Shown here in pieces: positions 11,004 through 24,480 of a DNA stretch of 64,000 nt. Source of the stretch: Raillietiella orientalis. Taxonomy: Eukaryota. Every line of letters starts with the position of its first letter. Within the stretch, counting starts at the first letter, position 1. The stretch lies in NCBI GenBank assembly GCA_036172245.1, contig JAYWIR010000011.1:1240001-1304000 (forward strand), read 5' to 3'. The position numbers and the translations under genes are program-made. Below the pieces are notes generated by a model that was not told the DNA's origin, did not search any database, and worked only from the letters and a program-made list of their open reading frames with translations.

Positions 11004-13814
11004 CGCTCTAATTTTGTGCGCCTTTATCCAAGGTAATTAAACATCTTCAAAAGAAATGCTGAATTGCAACAAACCGTGAATGTAATGCAGCAAATTTGAG
11101 GCAAGCAAATACTAATTTTTGATTTCACAATCCTTTACACAGCGCATCAAAATCATAATAACAGTTCTGAATGCAAGCCTAACTACTGATTCGAACACAC
11201 GTTTTGAGGTATCAATGCAGAGTGTACAAAGCCATACCCTTGCGCAGCCGAAGAAGACACCCTTTCACTGCATTGTGAATGATATTAGTACACAAAGAGG
11301 AATTTGGAAAACGGGCAACAAATTAATAGCTGCTACTGCCCACGAAGACATTGAGAAAAATGCACACCAAAAAAACATGGAAGCACTGAATGGAAAAGTT
11401 GCTTTTTAATGATTATACCCATACCATGTTGACGCAGTCAAGAAAATATGTATAGCTTTCTAAAAAAAGAAGTGTCTATTAAAAGAAAGAAAATTGCATA
11501 CTCATGAAGGAAAACAAGGATTAAAGAAAAAAAGGAGGGGGGGGGGTGACAAAGCTTCGTCTATTTAGAACAATACAGCTCGTACAGTCTGCTTTCTTTT
11601 GCACAGATACGAAAGGCATTCAGTTTATAGGCCCACACCTCTCTACACGAGCCACAAGAAACGTGATATATCAAATACAGCAGTGTGTAAACAGAAAATA
11701 AAGCAGATTAATAATAATAAAATCATGCACACCTCAATCTTTCTGCCCTCAACCACCGTGCCGTTGAGCTTCTCTCGTGCTTTGTCTGCATCGGCAGCAT
11801 TTGCGAATGTTACAAAACCAAATCCCTGCATGCAAAATCAGATATTGTTGGTAAAAAAAATTATACATGCACAGACAATTAATTTACATATCTTTCTTTT
11901 CTATTTTTTTTTTTTTTCCTTTTCCTTTTTTTTTTTTTTTTTTGTTTATATGGTTTTAGCCTTTCCAAACAAATCTACATGAGCATTTGTTCCCCAAAAA
12001 TGCAGACTCAAGTGTCAACAAAAACAAGAAAACAAATAATACCCTTAATACACTGATTAAGAACAAAAATTCAACAAAAGAATGTACAACATGCTACAAG
12101 GGAGTATGAATTTTTGACGGACTAGCAAGGCATAAAAGTGGTTAGGCACTAAATAAGAAAGTTAATTAACAAAATAGCAAAATAAAAGAAAGCCATGCAT
12201 CAATAATAAGGATAAAGGGGAGAAGACATGTTTGATAAAATCATAATCAGCACATACAACATTCAATTCACATAGAAAAATACAAATATTTAATTTATAT
12301 GCAAATTAAAGCATATGCGAATCATATAATTCTGAACTCCTTTCAAAACAAGGTTGAAGGAACGAAAATCATTTACTCAAAATGATACAGTGAAAAGGAA
12401 AAATTAAATTGCTGTTACATTTTCATCCTGGCTTCGTTGAATTCAGGTTCCAGAATTTTCAGATATGTTTAACTTGCATATTGAAAAATAGGAAAAATTC
12501 AATTTTCAACATAACATTTTTGCAAACAAATTATTAAAACTGTTATTCATGAAATTAATATTGAATTCAATGAAATATTGAATAAAATGATTCAAAAAGA
12601 AATCATTTAATACAAACAATTCTGCTGCTTTGGCAATGAAGTCTTGCAATGTAAATACAACAAATAAAATGAAAACTACAAAATTGAATTTCAAAGATGA
12701 TTCTAAATAGTTTAGGCATTAAGTAATGTAATGATACTTGGCAATTACAGTGAAGCACAAAATAAACATACAAACAATCAAGATAGGCAAAAGATTACTG
12801 TAACTTTATGTTCAAATCTCTCTGTTATGATGAGATGTGACTTTTCCAGATAATATTCTAAAAATCTTCATTAAAATCATTCATCAGAATTTAACAGCAA
12901 TAGTAAGGGGAAAAACAAAAAAAACAAAAAACAAAAAAACAGATTCTGAAATCAGAAAGCAAATTCCAAGTATACTAATTTCCAGGCTCTGAATCCCAAG
13001 GAGAAAAGCAGTTATCCTCGTATTTGATTTCAAAGCTTTTATTACCTTCGATCCTCTCTCATTGAAAATTATTTCTACGTCTAGAATTTGTCCAAATAGC
13101 TGGAACATAAAGAACCATTAGTATAAACACAAACCAGGAAGTCATGGCATTCAAAGAGAGGTAGTAGGTAGGTGGGTCCCCCCCCCCCCCCAGCGAAACG
13201 ATCAGCTCGTCTCGAAATTCCCCACAGACTCCCAACGTACTTGACAAAAGTGACAGCGCTAAGGAAGGGCTGGGAGATCACAAGGGAAGGACATGCCAAG
13301 GATGGGGCAACTCACGCCGAACATTGCTCGCAGGTCGGGATCCCGAAAACGAAAAGGTATGTTGGATACGTGCAATCGTTTGGGTTGATTACTGCTACTA
13401 CTATTCGTAACCGAAGTGATAACTGCTGTGTTGATAGGCGTCGTGCAGTTAACGTTGGCATTATCAGTTTCTTCCACATCCGGTTCAGTTTGCTTGAAGA
13501 GAGAGAAAAAAAAAATAAAAATAAAAATAAAACAAAACGAAAAACGATAAGGCACGACGTGGACGCGCGATCGCAGCACATTTGCTCGTCGCTTCCGGGA
13601 ACGTGATTTTTTCCACGAGTCGGAAAAAGGTGCAATGAGCAAACGGGCTGAAAACGGGACAAAACCAAAGATATACAGTTTGCTGTTCCACTCCGCTTGC
13701 GCTCGAATTGATGCTGAAAAACTCTTCCTTATTCTTCAATGGGGATACAGTTCCATCTTCTATAGAGATTGAAAACTGAGGATATCCAGCCATTTGCGCC
13801 CCTTGCACCATATG
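4250..13814 (-). CDS. Rbfox1: RNA-binding Fox-1 homolog (Rbfox/A2bp1), spliced CDS of 10 exons, about 325 aa from the ATG at 13811
   Basis: Exons 13677-13814, 13316-13492, 13046-13099, 11733-11825, 10031-10085, 9639-9795, 8813-8870, 7017-7153, 6740-6806 and 4250-4294 all have GT-AG boundaries with consistent phases. They encode the Fox RRM ([67 protein letters not shown]), an Ala/Tyr-rich C-terminus and terminal NRFAPY. Confidence 0.95.
6740..6806 (-). CDS. Rbfox1: Rbfox exon ([22 protein letters not shown])
   Basis: ttttcttag acceptor and gtaggt donor; matches the arthropod Rbfox REYxDPYxGHGIGPV motif. Confidence 0.92.
7017..7153 (-). CDS. Rbfox1: Rbfox Ala-rich exon ([28 protein letters not shown]...GYTSLPG)
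   Basis: catttccag acceptor and gtaatg donor; phase 0 in and phase 2 out fit the neighbouring exons. Confidence 0.88.
8813..8870 (-). CDS. Rbfox1: Rbfox exon ([19 protein letters not shown])
   Basis: ctttttag acceptor and gttaga donor; YDPF motif; phases fit. Confidence 0.88.
9639..9795 (-). CDS. Rbfox1: Rbfox exon ([12 protein letters not shown]...HGAYAP)
   Basis: tttagtag acceptor and gtaagt donor; LRGxAxQRG motif of the Fox C-terminal domain. Confidence 0.88.
10031..10085 (-). CDS. Rbfox1: Rbfox exon, end of RRM ([18 protein letters not shown])
   Basis: ccttttcag acceptor and gtatgg donor; invariant VNNATARV. Confidence 0.93.
11733..11825 (-). CDS. Rbfox1: Rbfox 93-nt RRM exon ([31 protein letters not shown])
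   Basis: RNP1 motif; acceptor tgcatgcag and donor gtgtgc; phase 0-0. Confidence 0.95.
13046..13099 (-). CDS. Rbfox1: Rbfox RRM exon ([18 protein letters not shown])
   Basis: gttccag acceptor and gtaata donor; invariant [14 protein letters not shown]. Confidence 0.95.
13316..13492 (-). CDS. Rbfox1: Rbfox exon with RRM start (QTEPDVEE...[23 protein letters not shown])
   Basis: Long pyrimidine tract with aag acceptor, gtgagt donor; RNP2 LHVSNI. Confidence 0.95.
13677..13814 (-). CDS. Rbfox1: Rbfox N-terminal exon ([14 protein letters not shown]...GVEQQT)
   Basis: cttttgcag acceptor and gtatat donor; the HMVQ start resembles the insect Rbfox N-terminus. An upstream first exon was not identified. 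Confidence 0.8.
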
Positions 13815-14399
13815 CTGCAAAAGAAGAGAAAAAGGGGGCATCATCAGTTGTTGTTTTTTCTCCTCCTCCTCCTTGTTTTCCCCACCGCGTGATTTTGCCG
13901 AGGGGGTGCATGCTCCCGCGCCTGCCGCGATCCTCGCAGGGAGCACGGAAACCCTCGCCGTTTCCCATTCACTCTGTCCGTGTCGCGGGTGTCCGATTGC
14001 TCACGTCCGATGCCCTCGACGAAGAGATAACAGCAGTGTGATCGGAAAACATTCCGTTCACGAACGGAATGTCTGTCCGAGCGTCTGCCTTGGCTGTTAT
14101 TCCAATTCGTTCAACCCGGTCTCGGGTTCTCGACCTCTTCCGGGTTGAACGGATGAGACCGCTTCTCTGAGCGAACATCCGGCGGGAGAGAGAATCGGAA
14201 TCTGACCTGTGAGCGAGAAGACTTTTGTTTTCCGCGTGCTGTCGAGCTGTTCGAGAGAAAAGAGCGGACCCGGAAACACACGTTCAAGAGACTCCACCAG
14301 CACATCGATTGGTCCTCGACAAAAAAGACCGGGGGGTTCAAGGACGAAATGGAGCATGGCACTCGTTGTACCTTGCGGAGTCGCCTAAGAGGCGACGAC

Positions 14400-14580
14400 T
14401 CGGAGGGACCCCGCAACAGGGGGGGTCCGCTCCTTTGAACAACTGGAGAGGTGCCCGTGAGTACTCCTGCTCCATCTTGAACAAACCGGAGGGGTCCCTC
14501 CAGTGTAGGGGGTCCGCTCTCCGTTGCACGACCGGAGGGGGAACTCCCCACTCCTTTATCCCTGGAAGGACCCCAAGGTC
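14400..14580. repeat. GC-rich dispersed repeat fragment related to 42890-43070
   Basis: Shares motifs such as ccggaggggtccct and ggaccccaagg/ggaccccgaagg with the reverse complement of 42890-43060; judged by eye. Confidence 0.35.
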
Positions 14581-15470
14581 GACTCCCATTGTTCCGGCCT
14601 TCAATGGACTTGGAATGCGTAGAACCAACCACGGCTCAGAGTGCAAATCTACGTGAATTTACCATCTACCGTTTCATTGGGCAAAAAAATAATAAGTAAA
14701 GAAAGGATCTCCATGGTGCCGCGCATCGCGATGAACACTACGATGTTCTGCAAAACACGATCCGAGCGTGCAATCAGAAACGATAAAGTTCTGAAAGATT
14801 CTGTACGGATCAATCAACTGAAGGGCCCGGCAACTCCGAGGAAACAACGCGTCAAAGATCCCCTCCCCCCCTCCCCCAAAGGATCGGGAAAGGATGCTTC
14901 GGTGGGCGGATATTTTTTTCAAAGTCATGGGATCCATACACGCACACTCTTGCAGCAGCAGCAGCAGCAACACGCTGCGTGCAGCGTACTGCCATGTGAA
15001 ATGCGAACATCGGTCTCGGCCCTTCCCGGAGGTGAGCTCCGAAAATCCATAAACGGCGGCGGCACGGTTCCCTTGCTGGAACCGTTCCCGTGCGGATCCG
15101 AATCGGGAAGACGAGCTCCGGGTCGGGGACTTTCCGAGGTCTCCGGGGCGGCTTCGGCTCGCCGCGGGTCCACCGGCACGCGATGCGGACAAACAAAGAG
15201 AGGACAAACAGGGAGCAGCAAAAAGAAGGAAAAATAAAATAAAGGAAAATAAAATAAGGAAATAAACCCCTCACTGCAGTGACAATTTCGGAACGAGGAT
15301 TTTCGCAACCGATCCGTGCAGCTGCTTTCTGTGGCTTTCTTTATTTGCACTTTTTATTTCATGGTTTTGACGATTCGATAGCTTCTGGCCACAGTTCCTT
15401 TTAAGGACACGAACGTCCAACATCTACATTCAGGGAAGCCACTTATCAACTGCATTCCGTTCAGGGGAAT

Positions 15471-15505
<35 letters not shown>

Positions 15506-18500
15506 AAAAAAAAAAATGCACTGGATGCATGCAAGTACAAAAAACCATCGAAAGCATATGCATTTTACTTACTGCATAGGTGGGGAGATGTGAGAGAAGA
15601 AACGATGCACTTGAGCCCCACAGTTTGACAAATTCTATTTTAGCAAAAAATCAGGAAAACAATGTGAACAATATGATTGAAATGAAATATCAAAGGCGGA
15701 CAGATCAAGGTGACATGTTCAGAATTGGCCTGATATTTTTTTCAACGAAAGAAAAGCTCGCAGACTGAAAAATAATGCAAGTCATTTAGGCATGATTCGA
15801 ACAACAACAACAACAACAACAAAAAAAAAAAAAAAAAAAAAACATGGATACAAAAAGCACCACCACCACCACAATTTCAAAGCACGCATTATTCGCAACC
15901 ACAAAGAAAACGCTTGCAATGCTCATGGCAAAAATATCCATTGTACAGAGTTTAAACACGTTGTGTGTAGTGAAACAGATGCACTTTTTGTGGAAAGAGT
16001 ATTGCCTGCCTGATTTTCGAAAGCAAATCCCGTACACGCATGCATGCAAGCAATCGATACAGGCTTATCCCAGACGCTTCCCGGCTATTTTTTCCCTTCC
16101 TCCCGAAGCAAAAGCTATTTCTGTGTCTACAGGCATCCTCTTTGGGGAGAGGGAGGGGGACGAAACGCTTCCGTGTTTCGGAGAAGAGCGAGTTTTGCAG
16201 GGAAGGGGGGGCACACCAACTGCTGGAAGGACCCAGTCCGATTATTCCATCATCCGTGCAAGGACTGCTGCTGTTTCGTATAAGGACACGGCAAGGCAGT
16301 TGCGCAAAGCAACCCAGGGGAATGATGATGAAAGCATGACTAAGATGAAGCTGGAAACTATTGGAACATTCCCTGGAATGCACTTCCCACAAGCATGCGC
16401 TAATTAAACAAATGCTACGAATGCTCAGTTCCTGAAAGAAACGCGGAACGAGGACAAAGAAAGGAAGCAGAGGGAAATACGCACGAAGGTTCTGTCCACG
16501 GTGCCTAATCGAGTAGGGCAAGAGGCCCATTCTTTGGGTCCAAGCGCAGCGGGAAATGCAGCACGCTGCTTTGCAGGGGGTGGGAGGGGGGACATACCCA
16601 CATACCCACTGCAGGACGCCTATCGACATGGCTTTCCGTGTGTTGTTTGTGCAGTTTTCCACTGCATCAAGACAAAACAAAAACAAAATTCTCACCACGC
16701 TGATGACATTTCTACAAGCCCTGACCTGGGGGCCTTCAATCATTCGAGGATTCCCATTCTCTCAACTACTGGATGATTAAAAGTGCTCCTCCTCCAGCAC
16801 ACCCGTTAATGGAAACAGAGACCAATTTTTGGCGAAGATTGCGGCACTTTGTTCATTTGCTCATGTGTGGCTCACTTTCAGCACATATGACACAAAATGA
16901 ACAAAGTTAAAAGAAAATCGTACAAGAATCCGTGTTGTAATCCAATAGCACTCAACTGCTGTAGCAATAAATGCATGCCAAGTGCACATGTAGGAGAATG
17001 GATTTTTTGCAAATTCTACTTAAACTTGAATCCGGCCCCTCATACTGAAAACTCAAACACTATAATCACAAAATGCGACATGGGGAAATTTCGCATTTTT
17101 TGAGGCAATCATTGCTGTTGAATATCTGTCAATTCAGTACAAAAATGAACTCAAAAAACTCGAGCCTAGCTCTCTCTCTCTCTCTCTTTCTTTTTTTAAA
17201 AAAAAAAAACGAATCAAAACATATCTTTATAAACAGTCCCATTGATTCATCTGGATATGTTTTACCACTATCAGTACTGACTATTTGGTTCATATTCATA
17301 TTTATGGAACAATACTACTGTTCATCTGATGAATGCAGTGAAAGTTTACAACTATTCAAAACCCTGGCTTACTATTTTGAAACAATGTTGTACTTTCATT
17401 TGCAAAAATTGGAATACATGCTAAGAATGAAACTCAAACAACAGAATATAAATCAACAAAAGAATCGTATATCAACAATATCAAGCAAATTTCATACCTT
17501 GCACCATTCTGTGGGAGTGATGCTATGGAACACAATTCATCCCAAGCAATGTTTCACTCTCCAAGACTGGAATCCTTCATCTAACCACAATTTCCCACAC
17601 AATTCAGCACTTCTAAACCTCAACATCTTTTTAAATAAGATGTTTGTTATTTGAATACTTTAGATATTGAAAAATAATTTGCTTACATTCTTTTTTAATA
17701 TAAAATCCCTACAAATATAGCAGGACAAATTTGCCTCAAATCAGAATTCCTATGAAACATGCTTCCTAGAGATTTCATTTAAAAAATTCCAAACTAAGTG
17801 AACGCAGCAAATTATTGTTATAAATCCCATGTGTATTCAAATCCTTTTGATACTTCCATGTTTCATGAATGTATAGAACAAAGATATGAATTAAGCTACC
17901 TAACACTTTATCTTTAGAAAAAGCTGGTTGCATCTGCAAAACTTGCTACCACCAACATACACCTAGAATGTGTTTCCTTACTTGCCTTGTAATTAAATCG
18001 TCACACCTATTGATGGAGTGATGGTTCCTGACAACTGCACAAACTTCTCTGTATGTGCATATCTTTCTTGTCACTTACAGCAGGTGGAAATTTGGTTGAA
18101 AATTTAGACAAGCATCATTTAATGGCTGTTGCAAATATTATAAACCACATTTATTTATTTATTTTTGGGGGGGAGGGGGCGGAAGCTACATTTGTTCTAT
18201 AATCAAACTCTTATGAGTCATAACTGATTTTCTTGCAACTGCCTGCTCAAACTAAGATCATGGTACAACATGGAGAAATTTGATTGCTGTTTCGACAGAC
18301 TGATTTATGAGTGCCATAACTAGACTGCAGGATTTCTATAATTATCGAAAAAATTCTAGCATCACATACATTACATCAACTATTACAAAATAAATTCTGA
18401 TATTACATCTGTTGACCTTATTGCTGCCTGGTTTCTGCCATATATCAATGAAGTTCTTCTATATGGAAAAAGAAAATTTTTTTCTACTAAAGCCTTCAGT

Positions 18501-19749
18501 TATTTTACCAAGAAATTATGTTGCAATTATTACATGCAATGATATCTAACATAATTTTCAAATTTCCAATAAACTTGTTAGTATACTTTCATTTTGCAAA
18601 TGTTTAACAATGAAGGGAAAAAGTTCTTTCTGATTTCACCAACTGATTCCTGACAAAAACAGATATATTTGACAATATGAGGGATATGAATGCTGATCAT
18701 TACCATAAATTATACACATTTCATTCTGGTGCTATCAATTCAACCAGATGTTTGCTGTTAGTAAGGAAATGACAGCTAACACACCATACTTCCAGTTATG
18801 CTACGTGATAGATCGATAAACTTTGAGTATCTCATGCTACAGAAAAATACTAGCTTCAAAAATCTTGCATTATTAAAAACTTTTCGATTTAGGCATCATA
18901 AACAAATACATTTATGAACACACAAAAAAACATATACTGCTTTTTTGATTCCAAAGACTTTGTCATACATTGTGCATGGGACATTGGGTAAAATTTACAA
19001 AAAGGCCAAAGAAGGTACTTACTAGTGATAACACCCAAGTGTGAAAACATTCACGGCAAACTATTTTACATAATCAAGCTTCTGATCCTAAGAATTCAAC
19101 TCAAATAAATATACAGCAATTCGGCTCAGTTACATTTTTCAGACTCAGCACAAGACTGTTCATGTGCTAATCAAGCTTTATAACAAGAACACTGAGAAAT
19201 GAAATTAAGCAATTCGCCCTACTTACTGTTACAAAGCAAGTTGTGTGAGTGCACAATCTTTTGTGTGCAGTTACACGTAAATACAATAAACACATCACTC
19301 ATTCTATGGAAACGTTCATTCTCCATGCAATGAAAGACAGTTCTTGATGATGCGGTTCAGTTTCTCTCTTACACTTGATCCATCTCGGGTGAGAGTGGCT
19401 GAGAGTCTGCACCTCACTACTCCTCTTACTAGGCGTACGAATGCTCGAAATTTTTACAAACCCGTGATCATTTTGTCGACGTTCACAACCACGTGCTCGA
19501 GGACAGGGGGAGGAGGAAGAAGAAGAAAAAGAAACCGGCAGGCGACATCAACACACTGGGAACAACAGCCGGGGACAAAGAATACTCACAATTGTACAAG
19601 ACCACAGAGTTCCTACGGAAGAATCACAAACAGCCACACTGGGAAGAGCATAGTTTCTTGGTACGGGCGGGGAAACGAAAGTTTTGTCCGTGATGTAATC
19701 TGGGTGGCCAAGAGCACGGAAGGACCGTCCTGCACAAAATTCATTTGGT

Positions 19750-20350
19750 CTCCCACATGATCACCACCAACTCGTCGGCGGACGTCTGCCGCACACGTTC
19801 GCTCGGCGCGCGACACGGGCGCGGGCGCGGGCGCGGGCGCGCGCGCGCGCGACTCCCCTCCGGAGTCTGCCGTCCAAGTTCCTCGTGTCACCACCACTAC
19901 CACCACCACCACCACCATACATGCACGGCCGATGCCGACACGGAAACGGAGCCTGCGGCAGCACCCGGAAGGCACACATGAAACTCCTGCCGGATGGGCA
20001 CGTGCACCGAACGGGGGAAAGCCAGAGTGTGTGTCACAGTGCGAGTCGTCCGGCAAGAAGCTGGAAGTTTCCTTTTTCCTTTTCTTTCCCACCAAGGGGT
20101 TCCCCACCCCCACCCACCCCACCCGCGGTAGAAAGAGGACGGGATAAACGGCCGGAACACTTGGGAAACTGGCACGCGTTCCCATCCGCCTGATTCACGC
20201 GCGCGCGTGTCCCATGTCCCCAACGGACGGCACACGTGCCCGTGGCGGGTGGGTCACCGCGACGACCGCGTCGTGGTGGGGTGCAGCGGCGGCTCGTGCA
20301 CCGTTTCTGGGTGCTGAGAATCGGGGATGGTGGGCAGAGGTGGACGGAGT
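19750..20350. promoter_or_regulatory. CpG-rich island upstream of Rbfox (possible promoter or first-exon region) with a (GGGCGC)n/(CG)n tract
   Basis: Abrupt GC/CpG-rich block after about 2.5 kb of AT-rich sequence; alternating CG run at about 19816-19851. Confidence 0.3.
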
Positions 20351-22549
20351 TTGAAGTGCAGGCAGTAAGAATTTGCGTTTGGTGTTGCGACCACTCGTGC
20401 AAAGCGAATCTGCCGCGTTTGTTCCATCGATTGCTTCTTTTTCGATTTGCTCAAATCCTGTAATTCCTTCTTCATCCTTAAGGGATGATGCTCCTGATGT
20501 TCGAACTGCTCCCGGTCTAAAACTTCGTCGTGTTTCCAACGGAAGTACGAAAAGAAAAGAATCGGTTTTCCGATCCCACATGAAATGCATTTCGAATTGT
20601 CGTTCCCTGAGCAAAATGAAGTTCAGTAAAGCAGTAGTCATGTCGATCCCGTCTGCACACTCTGAAATTGTCTTCACGAAGAAGAGGAAGAAGAAAAAGA
20701 AAAAAAATCAGGATTCCTCGCAAGTTTCGCCGAAAGAAATAAAAGCTCATGAAATTGGAATGATACACAAGCAAATGTGTTCCATCTTTGCGAAAAATGA
20801 AATCGGGTCACAATGTGGTCAGCTCTCGAGCCACTAGACATATCACTGCAGCGGCGTTGTATTCTTGAATATGGTCCTCCTTGGTACAGAAGACGTGAAA
20901 TGAAAAAAAAAAAAGAGTAGAGAGAGAAATGAAGTCTCAATCCCTCATGTATGGAAATGTATGTGACATTGGCAATCCTGAGTGGCACGGTTTTCATAGT
21001 TGATTCATTATTAGAGTTGCATGCTGAATTCGGAATACCAACATGAAAACAATTTTTACGGTGTCTTCCACAAAAGCATGCTTCTGGAATATGAATGTGG
21101 AAATATGCCTGCTGGGAAGGAAAAAAAAAAAGAGTGCTAATTCCGCTTTTCTGAGCATTTCAAGGCTGATAATGAATGTGTACTTCGTTGATCCTGTTGC
21201 ATTCAAGATATTTGTAAATTACCATACTTCACGTACATGCTTTGTCGTTTACTTCTTATTCTTCACTAGTTGTTGTGATTTCCTCAAATTACTCAGATTC
21301 CTCACCTATGAAAGCTGTTTTACCTAAACGGGCTATGGATGGTTGAGTTCTGAATGACGGAACTCTACAAGAGTACAGCAGTAAGGAAAACGTTTATTGT
21401 GAGTTACCAACGCGTTGCATACCATAATAAACTGCGACTACAGAAACTACAAGGGTAACTGTTACAGTTACCAATACTGCAAAAATAAAGCTGAGGATTT
21501 CATAGCTTCAACACAACATTTCAAAAGATCTCTAAGTTTACAGGGGAAGCACTCTCATCTTAGGAAAGCCAAATGTCATTTTCTTGTTCGCAGAGCGGGA
21601 AGCGGGGGTGGTGTCATCTTCCGGAATCGCAATCAAATCCCTGACCTGGCCCACTGTGCCGCTTTTTCGTTGGATGTGTGAAGTAGAGATGGCGCTTACT
21701 GAATTCTTGTTATACCTGCGACGGTGCTCATGGTTCTTGTTTCCTCTTTGCATGATGACGATTTTTAAGGGTGACAGAGCAGTGGCAGACAGCGAGGAGA
21801 TCGTGGGGGAACGAGTTTTCCTAGTCGTCCCTCGTGTACGACACGAAGAGCACCTGAATTTGAAAAAAAAAAAATCCGAAACAGAACTGCTGTTCGAGTA
21901 GTACGGGGAGTCCACGTGTTTCGAAGCTGGAAAAAGTAAAGAAAGATCAAGAGCAATACAAAGTAGCCGAGGTAAAGTGGTTTACTGGTGGAGCAGCAGC
22001 AGCAGCAGCAGCACTTGCAAGAAAATACGAGAAGAGCTATGTATGCGACGTGTACAGATGGATGCATCCGTCCTCGCGACGATCAATTCCCAAGCATGAG
22101 CTTTCAAAATCACAGCTGCTGTGGATCACGTCTATAATACCACAACTACACTTCCCGTGTTTTTATGTAGAGATGAAAACGCTGATCCATTTCGAACAGT
22201 GAGTGTCTACCCGATGATGTAAGGTACAGAGTTCGTGGGCGGCATTGTCATATATTCAGATATTCATTCAAGAATTTACCATGATTGAATTTTCGATCCT
22301 TATCCTGGGTTAGCAACGGACTTGTTTGTGTGAAACAAAGTCAGAAATCTTTAGGGCCTCGAATGGTTTCAATGTATTTGAGCCTCAACCGGAGCACTGA
22401 ACTTGCCAGTGTACTTATTGTACTCTTGAAACAGGTTTTCGATGGAATGATTCGTAAAAATGAATCCATAATTTGCTTTTACAGAACATTTGAGAAATCA
22501 AGTGCTTTCTTTGCGTAACCGAATTTCCACGGAGAACATTTTCATGCAC

Positions 22550-24480
22550 TTCGCAAGAGCTTCTAGAGCTACCGGCTCAACGGAAACACTGTGGCATCCT
22601 AATCTTTCCGTATGCATATCTTCTGGAGAGCCTTCCTTGCTGCTCGGTGCAGCAAAGCGAGGCTATTCGAAATGCTGGTGGCACGTCCTACGTTCTCCGT
22701 GCTGGCTCGTGTCGAGTGCGAGATCTCACGGGCACAGTGGCGAAACCTCAAGAGGGTGTGCAACCAGGGTTCAAGAGACCCCCGATGGTCACCTTCGATC
22801 CAAGCAATCCGACACCAGGACCTCCCCAAGTCCGAAATTGAAACGACGGCAGCAGCAGTTGATCGGAAGTCCATCGCCCGACTCTGGACAGCAACCAACG
22901 ACCCGTACTTGCGAAACACAGCGCTCACATCAAAGGTGGAGTGCGTTCCTCTGCAGGAAGTGTAGGGAGGAATCGATTCGAGGGAACACGAATATCGGAG
23001 AGAGGAGGAATTTGCACCAAAGTACACGCAGAAAGGGCATGTGCGGAAGCCACAAGTCAACTTGGGGGCCTATTCGTGTCCCGGATCAACTGAAAGCTAC
23101 ACAGGTATGATCCGTCACGTACCGTCAGAAGGTTGTGCGGCTACCTGACGGACAAGTGGATTGCTGTCCTATCAGAAGTGCATTTGAAAAGGAGCGACCA
23201 CAAGCACTTACACGTGGAGCAGCAAACAAGATTGCCACCATACTAGCAGTTTGTGCTAAGAGGAATAAATAACCCTGTTTAACAGTCCTTACAGGAAAGT
23301 CTTTTTTCTTTTATACGGAAGCGCAGATCACTGAAGCTTGGAAAGCAAAGGTATGTTTCAAAAAAGCATGAGTGGGGAGGAGAAGAGTGGAAAAATCATG
23401 GGGGAAAAGTCTGACAACGAGGATCAAGGGTAAATAACTACAGATAGCCCTTCTTCAAGGGTGTGTCAGTCATCGTTCAGATATGCAAACTGTGCAAAGT
23501 TTGCCTTCCGTGCACGTTTCCAGCGAGCGGTTCAAAAAAAAGAGGCAGCAACTGCGAAGTATTATTATAAGAAACAGACGCCTATGATCAGAAAGTAGTT
23601 GTTGATAGTGCATTGCAGCTGTTTACGAACGAGAAGTCGAGTCATTCTTTGCAGATGGTCCTGCACGAGTGCAGCGCACAAGTAGCTGCTACTAACCACC
23701 GTTTGCAACGTGTGTGAATCACACTCTTGTTCCACGTCACACCACGTTCGCACTTGCAACCAGACTTCCTTTAAGACTCGCAACTACTTCCAACTCCCCT
23801 CCTTCCACCTCTGCTGCCGTTCTCTGTTCAGCACTTCTAGAGAAAGCACACTGCGGTCGAGGAAATGGAAGCCTGATAACATGAGATGCTTGTCGATTCG
23901 ATCAAACCAGCGCGGGCAAAGTCATTCTGTCAAAATCTGGAAAGTTATTGCTTTCCCGAGGACCAAACTTTCTAACCGATCCTTCGTGAAAGAAACAAAA
24001 ACTCCTCGTTCTGCGAGACGGCTCGTCGCAGGAGACCCCACCGAAGAAGATCCTCGTCCACCGAGGACGCACGCAAGCACGAAGACTGTGCACAGGAAAT
24101 CGCGCGAGGGCAGATGGGACCGAAGCCGACGCAAAACCTGGTGCCTGCAACTCTGCACCTGGCGACGGAACAAGATGGCCGAGGAGTTGCATTCCTGGTG
24201 ACGGGAGCTCAAATCATCACTACGTGCAGCTTCTTCCCTTGGGCAACACCGAGCCCATGGAACGAGCTCTTTTCCTCCTTCCGTCGTTCTGTGGACGGTA
24301 ATGAAGCCTCGGACAGCTCCTTTTCTTTTCGGCAGAAATCTGCTTCCGCGTTCTAAAGTTCCCTCCCCCGGAGCTTCTTATGAAGCCCCGTCCCGACGTG
24401 AGGAGCTCTGAGGGGTTGCTGCGACGAAAGAACATTCGCTAGGATACACGCGAACACGTGCGTCTGCGTGTTTTTGGCAA
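22550..24480 (+). mobile_element. Possible highly decayed non-LTR retrotransposon remnant
   Basis: Broken Trp/Cys/Arg-rich ORFs ending in a T-rich tract and an ACACGC..cacgtg..GCGTGT stem-loop (about 24446-24471) similar to the 3' hairpin of the elements at 44.8-48.8 kb. Confidence 0.25.

Noticed and set aside
10949..11058. Strong donor AAG|gtgagt inside an Rbfox intron suggesting another cassette exon
   Set aside because: No convincing acceptor; the implied exon would contain a poly(A) run of about 28 nt.
17326..17355. CTGATGA-atgcagt-GAAA minimal hammerhead-like string
   Set aside because: No stem I complementarity; likely chance in an AT-rich intron.
20254..21915. Candidate upstream first coding exons of Rbfox
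   Set aside because: No ATG-donor combination is both phase 0 and recognisable (no MYYP-like start), so none was assigned.
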